DNA from: the human T2T-CHM13v2.0 reference genome, Homo sapiens
Length of the DNA: 64,000 nucleotides
Assembly: GCF_009914755.1 (NCBI RefSeq)
Contig: NC_060925.1
Reading direction: 5' to 3' (one strand)
Shown here piece by piece: positions 61,011 through 64,000 of this stretch. The first letter of the stretch is position 1; each line of letters begins with the position of its first letter. A program made the translations under genes and the position numbers. The notes under the pieces were generated by a model that saw only the letters and a program-made list of their open reading frames with translations, searched no databases and had not been told where the DNA came from.

Positions 61011-62709
61011 TTAGACCTAGCATAGTACCTTGGGTGGTGTTGAAAGTGTTGAAAGAACAGGCTATATAAGATACGACTATTAGCCAACTTTTTCCTTTAG
61101 TATCCCTGCAGACTTGATCTGTGGGGCTTGTCCTTCCGTTGCCCCTGGATGAAATCTCAGGCAGTTTTCTGCTTATTCTCAGATAATGAAATGTCCTCTG
61201 ATCATTATAAGTCACCCAAAAACAAAAAAAAATCTCATTTTCATAACTAAAATGTCCTGTTCAGGCAATAGTCAAAATGTGCAACTGTATGTAATGTAAA
61301 AGCTTCTCCCTCCACCGTCTGGCACCTGCTATGAGCTGACAGCAGTGTCAAGAAGAGACAGTGTGCTTGACTTCCTTCTTCCTCTGCCATCCTCTCCCTC
61401 CGAACCCTAAACCTACCAGCTGCAGTTTCTGACCTTTGCAGAATTGGAGTTGGGGAAAGGTCAAGAGGGAAGAGAGAAGAAAAGTTCTTTCTGAACTGGC
61501 CCCAATCCTGGGCTAGTTTTCTCTGATCTCGGGGGTGTTTAAAATTGGCTTTGTCAGGTGGTGTCCCAGGTTCTGATTCAGAGAGACGCTTTGTTACTGG
61601 GGATGTCTCAACTGTAGCTTCTGTTACAGATTATATGCTCTCAGGCTGGCTACCTACAACTCTCTAACCCCCAGTTCTCCCCAGGTCATCGCCACACAGA
61701 CTATCTGTTAGGGCCTCATCGTGTGTTCAAATTGCCACCTTGGGCAAAGTTCCCTTACGCTGGTGTCAGACTGGCTCTCTTCCACAGGGCCTTCTGGTCC
61801 ACATGAAATATAGATCTTGTATTGTCAACAGTGGGAGAAATGCTGCCAGTGCAGCCACCATCCCTCGAAGGCAGTCCCAGTCACGGCCTTACAAGCACCA
61901 GTTGCTGTGCTCTGTAGACCCCAAACATGAAGGTCTCGCTCAGAGTGGTCTCCTTGAAGCCCCTCACACCTGGCTCCATGTCAACATGACAGAAAAAAAT
62001 GCCACAATTCCTGTCAATTTCCAACTCCTAGCCACTTCAACCTCAACCATTTTAGACTGTCAAAGTGAGTGTGAGGCTAAGTCAGAATCACAAAACTGGC
62101 CTCACACACACAGTTTCTGCAAATTCAGCATAGTTGGTTTAGCACCTCACTTGGACTGCGGGAACTATTGTTTACTGTCCAGCTTTGGGGGCCTCAGTAG
62201 GCAAAGAATCCTGTTAAAACATTTTGTTATACAATCTACTTCTTGCCCAGGATGTTCAGCGTAGTGTATAAGATGTTTCTTATTATTTGTGAGTTTGATT
62301 TCCTGAAGCAACTGCTTTAAAAAAGAACACTGATATGCACTATAAGATCTCTTATGTTTTTAACAAGGCAGGTTGTAGCTATTCAATAAATGTTACCAAG
62401 TGAATGAATGAATCAATGACTGAATAGGAGGAAAATAATATATTCTAGAAGAGAATTTAATCTTTGTATATTGACACTTCAAAGGAACTTGAAGCCTTGG
62501 AGTGAGAGGCAGTCTAGTCCTCAAAACTGCTGGGCTTCTCTTTCAGATTCTTTGTCAATGCTTCATCTCATCTGTGATTCTGGCCATCACTGGCCTCATC
62601 ACAATTGTTTCCTCTGTCACCTCCCACAATTTCCATTGTTGCTGCTGCTGCTGTAAACACCCTGTTTCCACTATTCTTACCATTCTTAGTTTATGTGAAT
62701 CCATGGTTC

Positions 62710-63066
62710 ATGTCTATTCTCATGCTGCTAATAAAGACACACCCAAGACTGGGTAATTCATAAAGGAAAGAAGTTTAATTGACTCCCAGTTCCACATGGC
62801 TCAGGAGGCCTCACAATCTTGGCAGAAGCGAAGGAAGAGCAAAGTCACGTCTTACAGGGTGGCAGGCAAGAGAGAGAGCATGCCCAGGGGAACTCCCATT
62901 CCTAAAACCATCATATCTCGTGAGACTTATTCACTATCAGGAGAACAGCATGGGAAAGACCTGCCCCCATGATTCAGTTACCTCCCACTGGGTCCCTCCC
63001 ATGACACGTGAGAATTAGAGGAGCTACAATTCAAGATTTGGGTGGGGACACAGCCAAACCACATCA
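62710..63066 (-). mobile_element. THE1-type solo LTR
   Basis: Reverse complement of the LTR at 1117-1469 (ends gggacacagccaaaccacatca). Confidence 0.88.
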
Positions 63067-63938
63067 GTCTTTTATGTCTGCCAAGGAGATAATCACCAAA
63101 AATGAATCAAAAGAAGAAATATTTGTAGTCTTCCTTACATATGTAAATATCATTATAGCTGTGCTTCTATGGACAGAGTATTAGGAGCTTCATGAAAGAT
63201 CAATCAGAAACAAGAGTAAATAACATAAGAATAAAACACAAATAAGCATACTGCATAATAACACATCAATAATAAAGCATAAAGTACAAGTAACATGAAC
63301 TTAAATCACTAGAATAATTACTTCATTTACGAAAGAACTTACCACAGAATCTCCCCTGTGGAGAATTTTAATTGAATCAAAATTTAATATGTAAACATAT
63401 TATATATACAAATCACATTCTGATAGAATATATCTATTGGGCAAAGTAACATGCATCAACAACCTACTGTTTTTATTTGTTTGTTCAAGATCTTTATTCA
63501 GTATCCAAAAGAAGATGTCAAGTAGGTATTTAGATACAAGTGTAATGGTCCTGGGAGAAGCCACAGTTGGATATAATACTTAATGTAGATGAACTAGAAA
63601 CAATCTACTTTTTGCCCAGGATATTCAGCATAGTATATAAGATGTCTCATTATTTGTGAGTTTGATTTCCTGAAGCAACTGCTTTAAAAGGGCACATTCA
63701 TATGGAATTCAAGATTTCCTATGTTTTTAACAAGGCAGTTTGTACTAAATCCACATCTGGGCTCACAGCATCCCAGGGAGAGGGAGGTTATATGCTTTTT
63801 CTACTTCCTGCCACAAGCAGCATAAGCAAAGGACTGCCATAGTTGTGGGACTTCCCTTTTTCCACAGACCCTATCCCTGCGTAGTGAGAAATTATAACTT
63901 TAGACATTTCAGACTTTCTGATCCTTCACTCCTCTCAG

Positions 63939-64000
63939 GAATTCATAAGTTTAAAGGTCAGATCCTGCATAGTCAAGAGTACAAGATCCCAGAAGGCTTT
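63939..64000 (+). CDS. FMO4: FMO4 coding exon 4 (truncated by window end)
   Basis: ctctcAG acceptor; (G)IHKFKGQILHSQEYKIPEGF, the FMO fingerprint. Confidence 0.95.

Noticed and set aside
61740-62264. 174-aa intronic ORF
   Set aside because: TTG start, no recognisable domain or supporting splice structure; probably degraded repeat sequence

Overview
Human-like (primate) intron-rich genomic DNA from the flavin-containing monooxygenase cluster (recognised as the FMO1-FMO4 interval). The + strand carries the last seven coding exons and 3' UTR of FMO1 (1-~18270), then ~28 kb of mostly retroelement DNA, then the promoter, two non-coding exons and first four coding exons of FMO4 (~46400-64000, truncated). 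Exon boundaries were read from GT/AG sites and reading-frame continuity. Retroelements include a two-LTR THE1 element interrupted by a full-length HMGB1 processed pseudogene, and a minus-strand MER4-group ERV1 provirus whose env and 3' LTR are almost entirely deleted and which hosts a young AluYa5. There is also an old L1, an 8-kb LTR12F/HERV9-type provirus with an apparent tRNA-Pro primer-binding site about 1.1 kb upstream of the FMO4 promoter, solo LTRs, DNA-transposon relics and many Alus. I found no convincing novel multi-gene system. The best leads are small structural oddities: a 76-bp near-perfect dispersed copy, fold-back hairpins, LTR asymmetry next to FMO4, and a splice-dependent uORF in the FMO4 5' UTR. 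Repeat subfamily names come from my memory of consensus sequences and need Dfam/RepeatMasker confirmation.
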